In this document: positions 17,034-26,270 of the stretch, in pieces | Layout: the number at the start of each line of letters is the position of its first letter | Numbering within the stretch: the stretch's first letter is position 1 | Assembly: GCA_040217815.1 (NCBI GenBank) | Contig: JBEHWI010000011.1 | Span: 19,618-83,617, forward strand | Length of the DNA stretch: 64,000 bases | Origin: Syntrophomonadaceae bacterium | GTDB lineage: Bacteria > Bacillota > Syntrophomonadia > Syntrophomonadales > Syntrophomonadaceae | Direction: 5' to 3' | Made by a program: the position numbers and the translations under genes | Notes under the pieces: generated by a model | Told to the model about the DNA's origin: nothing | What the model saw: only the letters and a program-made list of their open reading frames with translations | Databases searched by the model: none

Positions 17034-17576
17034 TCAATTAACCGGGGCAATCAGCTGCTTGGCCATTTCTACTGCAAAGGGAGTAAGTGCAGTCATGGAC
17101 AGGAAGGTGATCTTCAAGGCCAGCTCGGGTGAAATGAGAAAAGCGTTTTTATAATTGGCGGCGATCTCATAAAATTCGTTGTAATATTTTTCAGCGATTA
17201 TGTAATAATATTTCGGATCGGCGTTGTAGATCCCAAAGTAATTCGATACGCTGCAGCGGTCATTCAGAACGTCATCAAAATTATATAATGCGTTCCCGTT
17301 AAAAGACAGGATTTCTTCGTTGTGAATGATCAAAACGGCGTCCACTGCCTTTACAAAAAAATAAGAAAAAGCGTTTCTTATAATTGGAGAAGAGACGTTG
17401 GGGCCGGCTGAATTTAAAATGTCGTTGGTGAGGTTATTGGCGTACTGGTACATCAAGGAAGATATTTCAGCTGGAATATCTATTTGAAGGACTTCCTGGC
17501 GGTTGTCCGCTACATTATACCTTACAATCACATCAAAGAGAATATCTTGTTCTAAAACGGCATTACTATTATCCAT
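17034..17576 (-). CDS. hypothetical protein, low-GC (no family recognised)
   Basis: 180-aa ORF with an AGGAATCG (GGAGGAATCG region) SD upstream of the ATG at 17576. Its AT-rich, N/Y/I-rich composition differs from the surrounding genes. Confidence 0.5.
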   Translation of the reverse strand: MDNSNAVLEQDILFDVIVRYNVADNRQEVLQIDIPAEISSLMYQYANNLTNDILNSAGPNVSSPIIRNAFSYFFVKAVDAVLIIHNEEILSFNGNALYNFDDVLNDRCSVSNYFGIYNADPKYYYIIAEKYYNEFYEIAANYKNAFLISPELALKITFLSMTALTPFAVEMAKQLIAPVN

Positions 17577-17685
17577 TACGATTCCTCCGCACCCAATTAC
17601 TGATATCCGGGTTTCACTAATCTTTAATACCCATTTTAAGTATATTCTAAAAAACGAGCTTCCTGCCCTGAAAATATAATGAATA

Positions 17686-17973
17686 CTAAATGCCGAGCGG
17701 GGAGGACAGTTCTTTTTCGTTGCACATCAAAGTGATGGGGTACACTTTAAAATTCGTTTGCTTCAAACGGGTTAATACGTCCTGCAATATTTCGTTGTTA
17801 TGGATAACCCAGCTGATTATAACGAAGTCAAAGGAGGAATTGGCCAGAAAGTTGTACTGTGCCCTGGTAGTTAATGGTATATATTTTTTATAAAGTAGTA
17901 TGTAACTATACTCAAGAAAGTGGATGAGCATGGGAGACGTCAGAATGAATTGATAGTTCTGATTACTACGCAT
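17686..17973 (-). CDS. hypothetical protein or gene fragment
   Basis: 95-aa AT-rich ORF with no recognisable motif. It may be a remnant. Confidence 0.3.
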   Translation of the reverse strand: MRSNQNYQFILTSPMLIHFLEYSYILLYKKYIPLTTRAQYNFLANSSFDFVIISWVIHNNEILQDVLTRLKQTNFKVYPITLMCNEKELSSPLGI

Positions 17974-18088
17974 TTTTTACCTACTCTCTGTTTTGTGGCA
18001 AAGTACCGGTAAGTATAACTGGATACCCAACCGGTCCCAAGCACAACTTTTTGATCAGTAAATTACGGAATCCAGGTTTCCATGTCTG

Positions 18089-18793
18089 ATGCGCCATGAG
18101 GAGGATACAATTGTGAGCCAATATTACATACAACTAGAAAATATTACGATTAATAAATTCAGAAATCTTTTGCAAAAAGCTGAATTGCTTCCCAGTCAAC
18201 AGATATTAAAAGACGGGCTGGATGCCAGTTTCAATGCCATTGAGAAAGAAGGCATTAAAAATTTGGACCAATTGCAGTCCCTTCTAAAAACTAAAGCGGG
18301 GCTTGCGAAGTTGGCTGGGAAAACTGGAATCACAGAAGAATTCTTAACCGTACTGCGCCGTGAAGTAAATGGCTATGTTTCTAAAAAGCGAAAAATCAAT
18401 GAATTTCCTACTTTAGACGAACAATTTATAAACCAACTTGAAGCGATGAATATTAAAGATACCCAGCAATATTTTAATGAAGTTTTCACCGCCGCAGATC
18501 GAACCGCTTTGGCTGATAAGATAGGCGTGGGCATGGAGCCGGTACTGGAACTGACCAGGTTAGTGGATGTAAGCAGACTGCGTTATGTAAATCAAGCCTT
18601 CGCAACCTTGCTGGTTAAAGCCGGATATGATTGCGTCGAAAAAGTATCCAGGGCCGATCCTGATAAATTATATAAAGACATTAAAAAAGCGAATGAAGAA
18701 AATAGATATTACCGAGGAGCCATTGGACTAAAAGACATAAAATATTTGATAAATGATGCCAAAGAACTCCCCAGGGCGAGGGTTGAATATTAG
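18089..18793 (+). CDS. helix-hairpin-helix-like protein, possibly DUF4332 family
   Basis: 234 aa, K/E-rich, with 'LAKLAGKTGITEEFLTVLRREV' type repeats. The GGAGG at 18101-18105 suggests the true start is the GTG at 18113. Confidence 0.5.
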   Translation: MRHEEDTIVSQYYIQLENITINKFRNLLQKAELLPSQQILKDGLDASFNAIEKEGIKNLDQLQSLLKTKAGLAKLAGKTGITEEFLTVLRREVNGYVSKKRKINEFPTLDEQFINQLEAMNIKDTQQYFNEVFTAADRTALADKIGVGMEPVLELTRLVDVSRLRYVNQAFATLLVKAGYDCVEKVSRADPDKLYKDIKKANEENRYYRGAIGLKDIKYLINDAKELPRARVEY

Positions 18794-18859
18794 TTTTTAT
18801 AAGCAGACAACAGAGCCTGTGAAAAGCTCAAGCATACGAAGGAGCCGTGGAGTTGGGGG

Positions 18860-19633
18860 TTATACCACTCCACTTTGTTCCACCTCCCAGTCCTTTCTCA
18901 CGTCAACATAAAGCTCGCCTGATGTACCCAATTGAGCAACCATAACATTATGTAAGTCTTCAATACCCTGCTTTTTTAATGCTTCTCTCAACCAGTCTTC
19001 GTTTAGCCCCAGGCTATCTAAACGATGGTGGGCAATATTACCGTCGACCATCAGGACTACCGGATATCTGCCCATAGTCTCGGTTCCAATATGGAGGTCT
19101 TTTCTGGTAGGAGCGCTTTCTTCGGGTTTGGTAAGTACGCTTAATTTTCCGTTGGTTTCTAAAACCGCTTCCTGGACCATCGCCAGATCAAATATTCGGT
19201 GCCCCCTTAATTGAGCCATGAGTTCTTCAATATTGTAATGGGTCCGCTTCATGGCATCCTCCATCAATTTGCCATTGCGTATGATTACGGTCGGTTCGCC
19301 CTGAATGATTTTTAGGGCGGGAATGTTCTTTAAAACCAGTGCATCCATGGCAATCGCCAGTCCGGTCCATACTAAAATACCGGCAATGGCATGCACTGTT
19401 TGAATATTTGTATCTATTGACATGGAGGCCGCGATGGAGCCAATGGTGATTCCGGTCGCATAATCAAAAAAGGTGAGCTGTGATATCTGGGTTTTTCCCA
19501 TAAGACGGGCCATAATCAAAAGAGTAAAAAAAGCCAGGGTAGCCCGGAGAAGCACTACAAGCATAATCGGCAAATCCATCCCTCCTGGGTTGAGTTTGTA
19601 ATAGTATGGCTTCAAGTTATTAGTGGAATTCAA
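18860..19633 (-). CDS. DUF421 (YetF/YdfS-like) membrane protein
   Basis: 'LLRATLAFFTLLIMARLMGKTQISQLTFFDYATGITIGSIAA' is typical of DUF421, and a C-terminal soluble domain follows. The real start is probably the ATG at 19579 (MDLPIM...). Confidence 0.75.
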   Translation of the reverse strand: MNSTNNLKPYYYKLNPGGMDLPIMLVVLLRATLAFFTLLIMARLMGKTQISQLTFFDYATGITIGSIAASMSIDTNIQTVHAIAGILVWTGLAIAMDALVLKNIPALKIIQGEPTVIIRNGKLMEDAMKRTHYNIEELMAQLRGHRIFDLAMVQEAVLETNGKLSVLTKPEESAPTRKDLHIGTETMGRYPVVLMVDGNIAHHRLDSLGLNEDWLREALKKQGIEDLHNVMVAQLGTSGELYVDVRKDWEVEQSGVV

Positions 19634-19848
19634 AATTCAGGAGGGGATCGGAAGGGCTTATATATATAACGATGATTTGATATTGACGAGATACTTCTCC
19701 AGGAAGTATGATTTTCCCAAAAATAACAGTATGCTAAAATTAGCTTATTGTTTTTGCTAAAACCAAAAATGAATCTTGAATTTCCTGTTCCAATTCCCAT
19801 TTGGTGTGATTAAGTATAACTGCTAACATTTTAAGGAGGGCTTAGGAC

Positions 19849-20904
19849 GTGATAAAAGTTGGTATACTGGGGGCTTCAGGTTATATGGGGGGAGAAGCTC
19901 TGCGGGTATTGTCCGAGCATCCGCAGGTTGAAGTGGTCTGGGCCACCAGCCGCAGCCAGAATCCGGCTGAGTATTATCACCGCAATTTCTTCGGTTCAAA
20001 TATCAAGTTTATTAGTCCGGAGGATATAACCCCCTGTGACGCCATTTTTGTGGCCCTGCCAACCGGCCATGCCATGAATACAGCCCTGGAAATGTCAGAC
20101 ACCGGAGCGAAAATCATAGATTTGGGGGCTGATTTCAGGTTGAAGGATGTAAAGCAATGGGAAGCGGTATACGGCATGAAGCATGCATGCCCTGATCTGG
20201 TCAAAGAGGCTGTATATGGAATTCCCGAGCTGCACCGGGAAAGCATCAAGAAATCGAGGATCATAGCCAACCCGGGATGCTATTCTTCGGCAAGTATTTT
20301 TGGATTGGCGCCTTTGATCAAAGCAAACCTGATAGACAGGGACAAGATCGTTGTTGATGGGCTTTCAGGGACGTCGGGAGCAGGAACGGATTTCGACATT
20401 ACCATGCACCATCCGGAGATAGGGAACAACCTGGTGCCGTATAATGTGGTTGGCCACCGGCACACCCATGAAATAGAACAGGAACTCCAATTGGTCGGGA
20501 ACGCCGGAGTGACGGTTCATTTTACAACCACCTATGTCCCTATAACCAGGGGGATTTTAGCTATTTGTCATTGCTTTCCGCGTGAGACGGTCACCAGGCA
20601 GGAGCTTTTGGAGGTTTACAACGACTTCTATCAGGATGAGTTCTTTATAAAAGTCTTTGACATGCCCGCGGATGCCCGGGCTTCATGGCAGTACCGGCCT
20701 TATCCCTGGGTGTCCGCTGTTTCGGGAACCAATTTCTGCCATATAGGCCTGGACATTGATAATGAAAGAAAGCGCATTGTGGTTTTCAGCGTTCTCGACA
20801 GCCTGGGCAAAGGCGGCGCCCATGCCGGGGTGCAGAATTTAAACATCTTATTGGGGCTGGATGAGAAAACTGGCTTGACCAGATATGGAATGCACCCCTA
20901 TTGA
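19849..20904 (+). CDS. argC: N-acetyl-gamma-glutamyl-phosphate reductase (ArgC/LysY family)
   Basis: 351 aa. It has the N-terminal 'VGILGASGYMGGEALRVL' Rossmann motif and the active-site 'ANPGCYSSA'. GTG start after AAGGAGGG. Confidence 0.85.
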   Translation: MIKVGILGASGYMGGEALRVLSEHPQVEVVWATSRSQNPAEYYHRNFFGSNIKFISPEDITPCDAIFVALPTGHAMNTALEMSDTGAKIIDLGADFRLKDVKQWEAVYGMKHACPDLVKEAVYGIPELHRESIKKSRIIANPGCYSSASIFGLAPLIKANLIDRDKIVVDGLSGTSGAGTDFDITMHHPEIGNNLVPYNVVGHRHTHEIEQELQLVGNAGVTVHFTTTYVPITRGILAICHCFPRETVTRQELLEVYNDFYQDEFFIKVFDMPADARASWQYRPYPWVSAVSGTNFCHIGLDIDNERKRIVVFSVLDSLGKGGAHAGVQNLNILLGLDEKTGLTRYGMHPY

Positions 20905-20934
20905 TAAAAAATTGAATAAGATTTCAGGTTTGTT

Positions 20935-21498
20935 CTATGATGGAACATAAATCTTACATAGTGATAAGACAAAGGCAGCAATAAATAGGAAGGCAAAAAA
21001 TAGAATGACCGCTATTAATAATTTTAATATACTAAGCTTTTGGTGGACCACTCGGAATCCATAGCGACGATCCCAGGTGGTGCTGCCCTGATTGATCAGT
21101 TTTTTCATGGCCATCAAGGCAGTTAATATAGATATTAAGGGAATCGTTACGGCTAGACCCTCAGTAGTACTTCTAAACGACCTGAACACTGCAGTCCGGT
21201 AGGTAGAAGCTTTTGTTTTTACCGGCACAACCCGGGTGTTCAACAGCCATTTGCCGGGAGTAGTGCTAAACCGGTGAAGGAGGGCTGCTTCGTAGAATAT
21301 CCACAGGGTCATGATCGCCAAACCTATGGCAAGCTCTTTATCTTTAATAATATAAGGTGAAGTTCCGGTTATGTTTATGAGGCCATATATTACCAAACAG
21401 CAAAACATCCACCAGAGATACAGGTCAATAATTTTAGCCCAAAAGCGCACCCACGGTCTGACCTGGCTTTCCTCAGGCAAGGCACTCCACCCCCTCAC
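20935..21498 (-). CDS. RDD family membrane protein
   Basis: 'WVRFWAKIIDLYLW', 'TPGKWLLNTRVV' and 'WDRRYGFRVV' match the RDD-domain pattern. Three or four TM helices. Confidence 0.65.
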   Translation of the reverse strand: MRGWSALPEESQVRPWVRFWAKIIDLYLWWMFCCLVIYGLINITGTSPYIIKDKELAIGLAIMTLWIFYEAALLHRFSTTPGKWLLNTRVVPVKTKASTYRTAVFRSFRSTTEGLAVTIPLISILTALMAMKKLINQGSTTWDRRYGFRVVHQKLSILKLLIAVILFFAFLFIAAFVLSLCKIYVPS

Positions 21499-21879
21499 CT
21501 ACTTTATGATTTAACGCTATTTACTAGACTACCACACCTGATGCCAAAAACCTCCATATTTATTAAAGGGTTAAAGCCGTCAAGGGGTCTGTTTAAAAAT
21601 AGTAGATGGATTGCGATATAATAAGGCTATAGTGAGCCTTAATTTTACATAAAAGATGTATGCTGGGATGAATGGGCTTTGAATGGTGATATTTTAACAA
21701 TTCTCTTTGTGCTTACGGTGCCGTTTGTAGGCATTTTTATCGGCTACAAAACCAAAAACATGGGCCGGGATGAAAAGTACAACCGGGGGCGGCCGTTATG
21801 TCTGGACAGTCATGAGCACGGCAAGGAGATACCGAAGGCAAACTCGACGGGTCGACACGGAAGGCGGGGGGATACATAT

Positions 21880-22389
21880 ATGGAAAACCGTTTTGCGAAG
21901 TACATAGAGCTGGCTAAAAAGTACAAAATGGTCAATGCCCAAATAATCACCCCGGATGACATCGTTTTTGATATCCGGGCCATTTTAAAATGCCGTTGGG
22001 GCTGCAATGATTTCTTTAAAGAAGATGTCCGGTGCCACAGCCGCAACACCTCTCTCCAGGAAAGAATGGCAATGATCAAGAAATATCGGAGCATTTTGCT
22101 TCTGCACTCCCACAACGCCAGGGATATAAGTATTGCCGCTCTCAAAATCGAGCGGGAGGCGTTTAATGACGGTTACTATTTTGCTTTTGCTATGAGGTTC
22201 TGCAATTTTTGTGAGACCTGCTCGGTGGAATCGACTGGGGTCTGTCAATTCCCGGAGAAAGTCCGGCCCTGCGATCAGTCCTTCGGGATGGACATTTTCG
22301 CAACCGCCCGGAAACTGGGTCTGCCCTGTGAAGTTCTGGCCGGGCATGAAGATACTCAAAACCGGTTTGGGCTTGTTTTGATAGATTAG
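21880..22389 (+). CDS. DUF2284 metal-binding (Cys-rich) protein
   Basis: The Cys clusters 'CRWGCNDFFKEDVRCH' and 'CNFCETCSVESTGVC' are present. The ORF is open from 21679, but the ATG at 21880 with an upstream G-rich SD fits the family length. Confidence 0.65.
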   Translation: MENRFAKYIELAKKYKMVNAQIITPDDIVFDIRAILKCRWGCNDFFKEDVRCHSRNTSLQERMAMIKKYRSILLLHSHNARDISIAALKIEREAFNDGYYFAFAMRFCNFCETCSVESTGVCQFPEKVRPCDQSFGMDIFATARKLGLPCEVLAGHEDTQNRFGLVLID

Positions 22390-22798
22390 GCAGGCCTAAT
22401 CTATTATCAGGAAAGGATTTTGACCGGCACTTGATCATTATTTAACAGGTAAATTATAATGAAATATAGTCTAAACATAGGGATAATATCGTTTTTTTGT
22501 ACCTGTGTGGAGCGGAGTTTAGTTAAAACCCTTGGGGGGTTATACACCTGATGTCCGCCCGGGGTTGAGCGGAGTTGAGGAGAGGTGAGTAGAGATGTTT
22601 TTTTCATTTCACGCCTTTAAGACGTAAGTGGCGTCTTTAAGCCTTCATACCTGTTTACACTTTAACCATCCAAATTATTAAGGTGGTATCGCAGGCAGTG
22701 CCTGACTCTACCGGGGCAGGTTTGATGTCTGCCGGCTTTCGCCCCCGGGGCATTGCGGCCTCTTACAACTATTACAAATCATTAAAGGAGAGTGTATT

Positions 22799-23773
22799 AT
22801 GAAAAAATTACTGGCATTACTGCTCGTTTTAATATTGGGAATGGCTGCCTTGAGCGGATGCTCCAACAAGACTGCCCAGACCAAAAAGGTCTACAAAATC
22901 GGCATTGTGCAACCCATGGATCATCCTTCCCTGAACCAGATCCGGGAGACCATCATAGCGGAATTAAAAGCCCAGGGAATGGGAGACAAAGTTGAAATCG
23001 TCACCAAAAACGCCAATGGCGACATGAACCTTTTACCCTCAATCATGCAGGAACTGATCAACAGCAATGTCGACATGATAGTTCCCATCGCCACCCCGGC
23101 CGCCCAGGCTGCCAAGGGCACCACCAAAACGGTGCCGATCGTGTTTTCCGCGGTAAGCAATCCGGTGGAGGCGGGCCTGGTTACTTCGTTTGACGCAACC
23201 ACCGGCAATATCACCGGTGTCTCCAACTCCATTCCCATAGAAGATATCTTCAAGCTGGCTGCTACCGTAACCCCCAATGCCAAAACTTTCGGTTTCGTGT
23301 ACAACAGCAGTGAAATAAATTCCACCAGCGGCATCAAGAAAGCCAAGGAATATTGCGACAAGAACGGGATCAAATACAAGGAAGCCACCATCACCGGCAC
23401 AGCAGATGTGCAGCAGGCTGCCTCTTCGCTGGTCGGCTCGATTGACGCCTTCTTCACCCCCAATGACAATACGGTTGCTTCAGCTATGGCCGTTTATGTC
23501 AAGGTAGCCACCGATGCCAAACTGCCCATTTATGCGGGCGCTGATTCAATGGTTAAAGATGGAGCCCTGGCCACCGTGGGTATTGACTATACCAAGCTGG
23601 GCAAACAGACCGCGGCCATGATTATCCGCATCGTCAATGGCGGAACCATCAAAGACAACCATGTTGAGCAGGTTGCCGAGTATGCCAATATGATCAATAT
23701 GGGAACGGCCAACAAGCTGGGTTTAAGTATTTCCGACGAATTGAAGCAGAAGTTCGTGATTCTCGGTCAATAG
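22799..23773 (+). CDS. ABC transporter substrate-binding lipoprotein (PF04392 / BMP-related family)
   Basis: Lipobox 'AALSGCSN'. 'KIGIVQPMDHPSLNQIRE' and 'DMIVPIATPAAQAA' are typical of the ABC_sub_bind family. Confidence 0.85.
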   Translation: MKKLLALLLVLILGMAALSGCSNKTAQTKKVYKIGIVQPMDHPSLNQIRETIIAELKAQGMGDKVEIVTKNANGDMNLLPSIMQELINSNVDMIVPIATPAAQAAKGTTKTVPIVFSAVSNPVEAGLVTSFDATTGNITGVSNSIPIEDIFKLAATVTPNAKTFGFVYNSSEINSTSGIKKAKEYCDKNGIKYKEATITGTADVQQAASSLVGSIDAFFTPNDNTVASAMAVYVKVATDAKLPIYAGADSMVKDGALATVGIDYTKLGKQTAAMIIRIVNGGTIKDNHVEQVAEYANMINMGTANKLGLSISDELKQKFVILGQ

Positions 23774-23807
23774 ATTTGGACCGGCATGACAGGGTAAGGG
23801 ATATTAT

Positions 23808-24719
23808 ATGACACTTTTAATCGGTTCTATACAGCTCGGTTTGCTATACGCCGTCATGGCCCTGGGCATCTATATAACCTTTCGCATATTGAACCTGCCG
23901 GACCTGACGGTTGACGGCAGCTTCTCCCTGGGCATGGCCTGTGCGGCCGTAGCTACTATAAGCGGTCATCCCTTGCTGGCCCTGTTCATCGCCATTTTAG
24001 CCGGAGCCCTGGCCGGGCTGACCACCGGTTTGCTGCATACCAGGTTGAACATTCATCCCATACTGGCCGGGATTCTGGTTATGACCGGCTTGTACACAGT
24101 CAACCTGGGCCTTATGGGAGGAAAAGCCAATCTTTCCGTCGTTGGCAACGATACGGCTTTTTCTATGATAGAATCGCTGTTTTCGACCCGGGGCGAGATG
24201 GGGATAACCCTTCTCGCTCTGGTCATATGCTTAACCATAATCGCCATTCTGGCCATGTTCTTTAAAACCCGGTTGGGCCTGGCTATCCGCGCCACCGGTG
24301 ACAATGAGGACATGGTTCGTTCATCCTCGATAAATGCCAATTTTACTAAATGTATAGCCCTGGCTATGGGCAACGCCTGTGTCGCTCTATCAGGTGCTTT
24401 AATCTGTCAGTACCAGAATTTTTCCGATGTGGGCTCGGGAGTCGGAATGGTCATCATCGGCCTGGCCTCGGTCATTATAGGCGAAACGATATTCGGCCGG
24501 CGCTCGGTCACCATCGGCCTGTTGGCAGCGGCCTTTGGCTCCATTCTATACCGGATTATTCTGGCTTTTGCTCTGAAAATAGATATGTTCCCTCCTTATG
24601 CCTTGAAATTGATTTCAGCCCTGATCGTAATAATTGCTCTTTCCGGGCCATCCATAAAAGCCACCCTGCAGCAGAACAAGTTCAGGAGGGAGGTAAACAG
24701 CCATTTAAGCGATAAATAG
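23808..24719 (+). CDS. ABC transporter permease (BPD_transp_2 type)
   Basis: 303 aa and polytopic. 'LGIYITFRILNLPDLTVDGSF' and the gene order (SBP-permease-ATPase) support the call. Confidence 0.85.
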   Translation: MTLLIGSIQLGLLYAVMALGIYITFRILNLPDLTVDGSFSLGMACAAVATISGHPLLALFIAILAGALAGLTTGLLHTRLNIHPILAGILVMTGLYTVNLGLMGGKANLSVVGNDTAFSMIESLFSTRGEMGITLLALVICLTIIAILAMFFKTRLGLAIRATGDNEDMVRSSSINANFTKCIALAMGNACVALSGALICQYQNFSDVGSGVGMVIIGLASVIIGETIFGRRSVTIGLLAAAFGSILYRIILAFALKIDMFPPYALKLISALIVIIALSGPSIKATLQQNKFRREVNSHLSDK

Positions 24720-24730
24720 GCTGGAACAAT

Positions 24731-25522
24731 ATGCTAGATTTAATCAAGGTCAGCAAAACCTTTTATCCTGGAACAGTAAATGAAAAAAAGGCTTTGAACT
24801 CCCTAAACCTCCATCTGGATACGGGGGATTTTGTGACCATCATCGGCTCCAATGGGGCCGGGAAGTCCTCGCTGTTCAATGCCATAGCCGGCGTATTCTT
24901 TATCGATAGCGGAGCGATCCTGCTGGAAAATCGCAATATTACCACCTTGCCGGACTACAAAAGGGCTTATGACATCGGCCGGCTCATGCAGGATCCCATG
25001 AAAGGCACCGCCCCTTCCATGACCATTGAAGAGAACCTGGCTCTGGCTTTCGGCCGCAAAGCGCATAAGAGTTTTTTTGCGCTCAACAAGAGGGATGCGG
25101 CGCACTTCCGGGAGCTTTTGGCCCGGCTGGACCTGGGTTTGGAAGACCGTATGAAAACCAGAGTGGGAAATCTGTCCGGGGGTCAAAGGCAGGCGGTTAC
25201 CCTGCTGATGTGCACCATCTCCCGGCCCAAGCTCCTGCTTCTGGATGAGCACACCGCGGCGCTCGACCCGGCCACCGCGGAAAAGATATTGAAAATAACC
25301 GTGGATATAGTGAAAGAGGCTCACATCACCACCATGATGATCACCCACGATATCAAAGCTGCCCTGGCCCTGGGCAATCGAACCATCATGATGGATGAAG
25401 GGGAGATTATTCTGGATATCAAGGGCGAGCAGCGCAGCAATATGACCATAGACGAACTGCTGGCCTATTATTATAAGGAAAGAAAGAAACAATTGACCGA
25501 TGACCGGATGTTGCTGGCGTAA
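24731..25522 (+). CDS. ABC transporter ATP-binding protein
   Basis: Walker A 'GSNGAGKSS', signature 'LSGGQRQ', and Walker B 'LLLLDEHTAALD'. Confidence 0.9.
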   Translation: MLDLIKVSKTFYPGTVNEKKALNSLNLHLDTGDFVTIIGSNGAGKSSLFNAIAGVFFIDSGAILLENRNITTLPDYKRAYDIGRLMQDPMKGTAPSMTIEENLALAFGRKAHKSFFALNKRDAAHFRELLARLDLGLEDRMKTRVGNLSGGQRQAVTLLMCTISRPKLLLLDEHTAALDPATAEKILKITVDIVKEAHITTMMITHDIKAALALGNRTIMMDEGEIILDIKGEQRSNMTIDELLAYYYKERKKQLTDDRMLLA

Positions 25523-25525
25523 TCG

Positions 25526-25566
25526 CAAAAAGGTTTTCGCCTGTTTTCAGGCGGGGGCCTTTTTTG
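25526..25566 (+). terminator. rho-independent terminator of the ABC operon
   Basis: AAAAAGG..CGCCTG-TTTT-CAGGCG..CCTTTTTT hairpin with a T-run. Confidence 0.65.
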
Positions 25567-25619
25567 TTATCTATGGCAGCAGGGGATAAATAGATCAAAA
25601 CAAGGTAAAGGAGCAGTTA

Positions 25620-26174
25620 TTGATGGTTTATATTGCTTTGCTCAGGGGGATCAATGTGGGCGGTAAGAATGTCATTAAAATGGCTGATTTAAAATCCACC
25701 CTGGAGGCCATGGGGCTTCTTGATGTACGAACCTATATCCAGAGCGGTAATGTGATATTCAGATCGGAAGAGGACGAGGAGTCCCTGCGCAAGCGAATGG
25801 AAGACCAGATCGAGAAGGTGTTTGGTTTTCCGGTGCCGGTTGTTTTGCGAAACGCCAGCGAGTGGGAAGAGATCATTAGAAGCTTTCCCTTTTCGGATGA
25901 AGAAGTGGCAAAGGCAGAGGCCCTTGCAAAAGTTGAGAGTGTGTACGTAGCCCTTCTGCTCCAGGCGCCTTCGCAAGCGGGCATGGAGCAATTAGACGCC
26001 TACCGGAGCGCCACCGATGAATACCTAATTACAGGCCGGGATGTATACCTGCTGCTTCACCATAGTATCAGGCTATCCAAACTAGCCGGCAATCTTCATA
26101 AACTGGGTGTGCCATCGACAGTGCGCAATTGGAAGACCATAAAAAAGCTTGCTGAAATGGTCCAGCAAGCGTAA
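25620..26174 (+). CDS. DUF1697 domain protein
   Basis: The N-terminus 'VYIALLRGINVGGKNVIKMADLK' is the DUF1697 signature. Confidence 0.8.
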   Translation: MMVYIALLRGINVGGKNVIKMADLKSTLEAMGLLDVRTYIQSGNVIFRSEEDEESLRKRMEDQIEKVFGFPVPVVLRNASEWEEIIRSFPFSDEEVAKAEALAKVESVYVALLLQAPSQAGMEQLDAYRSATDEYLITGRDVYLLLHHSIRLSKLAGNLHKLGVPSTVRNWKTIKKLAEMVQQA

Positions 26175-26225
26175 AGACGTGACAAGGGGACGCCCTTGTC
26201 ACGACCGTCCCCTTGTCACGAAGAA

Positions 26226-26256
26226 TAGAAAAGGGAGAACCGTCTCTGGTTCTCCC
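26226..26256 (-). terminator. rho-independent terminator for 26271..27866
   Basis: GGGAGAACC-GTCTCT-GGTTCTCCC stem. On the minus strand it is followed by TTTTCTATTCTT. Confidence 0.6.
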
Positions 26257-26270
26257 GCCAGACCGAGTAC

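Noticed and set aside
21679-21879. The N-terminal 67-codon extension of the DUF2284 ORF, which has a TM-like 'ILTILFVLTVPFVGIFIGY' segment.
   Set aside because: It depends on a TTG start without a clear SD, and the DUF2284 family length fits the ATG at 21880. It could be a separate tiny membrane ORF, but the evidence is insufficient.
22670-22700. T-box-like sequence AAUUAUUAAGGUGGUAUCGCAGG upstream of the PF04392 ABC importer. Such importers are reported to be T-box-regulated Trp transporters in some Firmicutes.
   Set aside because: It has about three mismatches to the AGGGUGGUACCGCG core. I could not fold a canonical antiterminator (bulge plus A1/A2 helices), a competing terminator with a U-run, or a Stem I with a specifier loop. 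The region is kept only as an 'unclassified leader'.
24803-25528. 241-aa minus-strand ORF covering the ABC ATPase gene.
   Set aside because: It is antisense to a CDS with Walker A, signature and Walker B motifs. It is a typical ABC shadow ORF.
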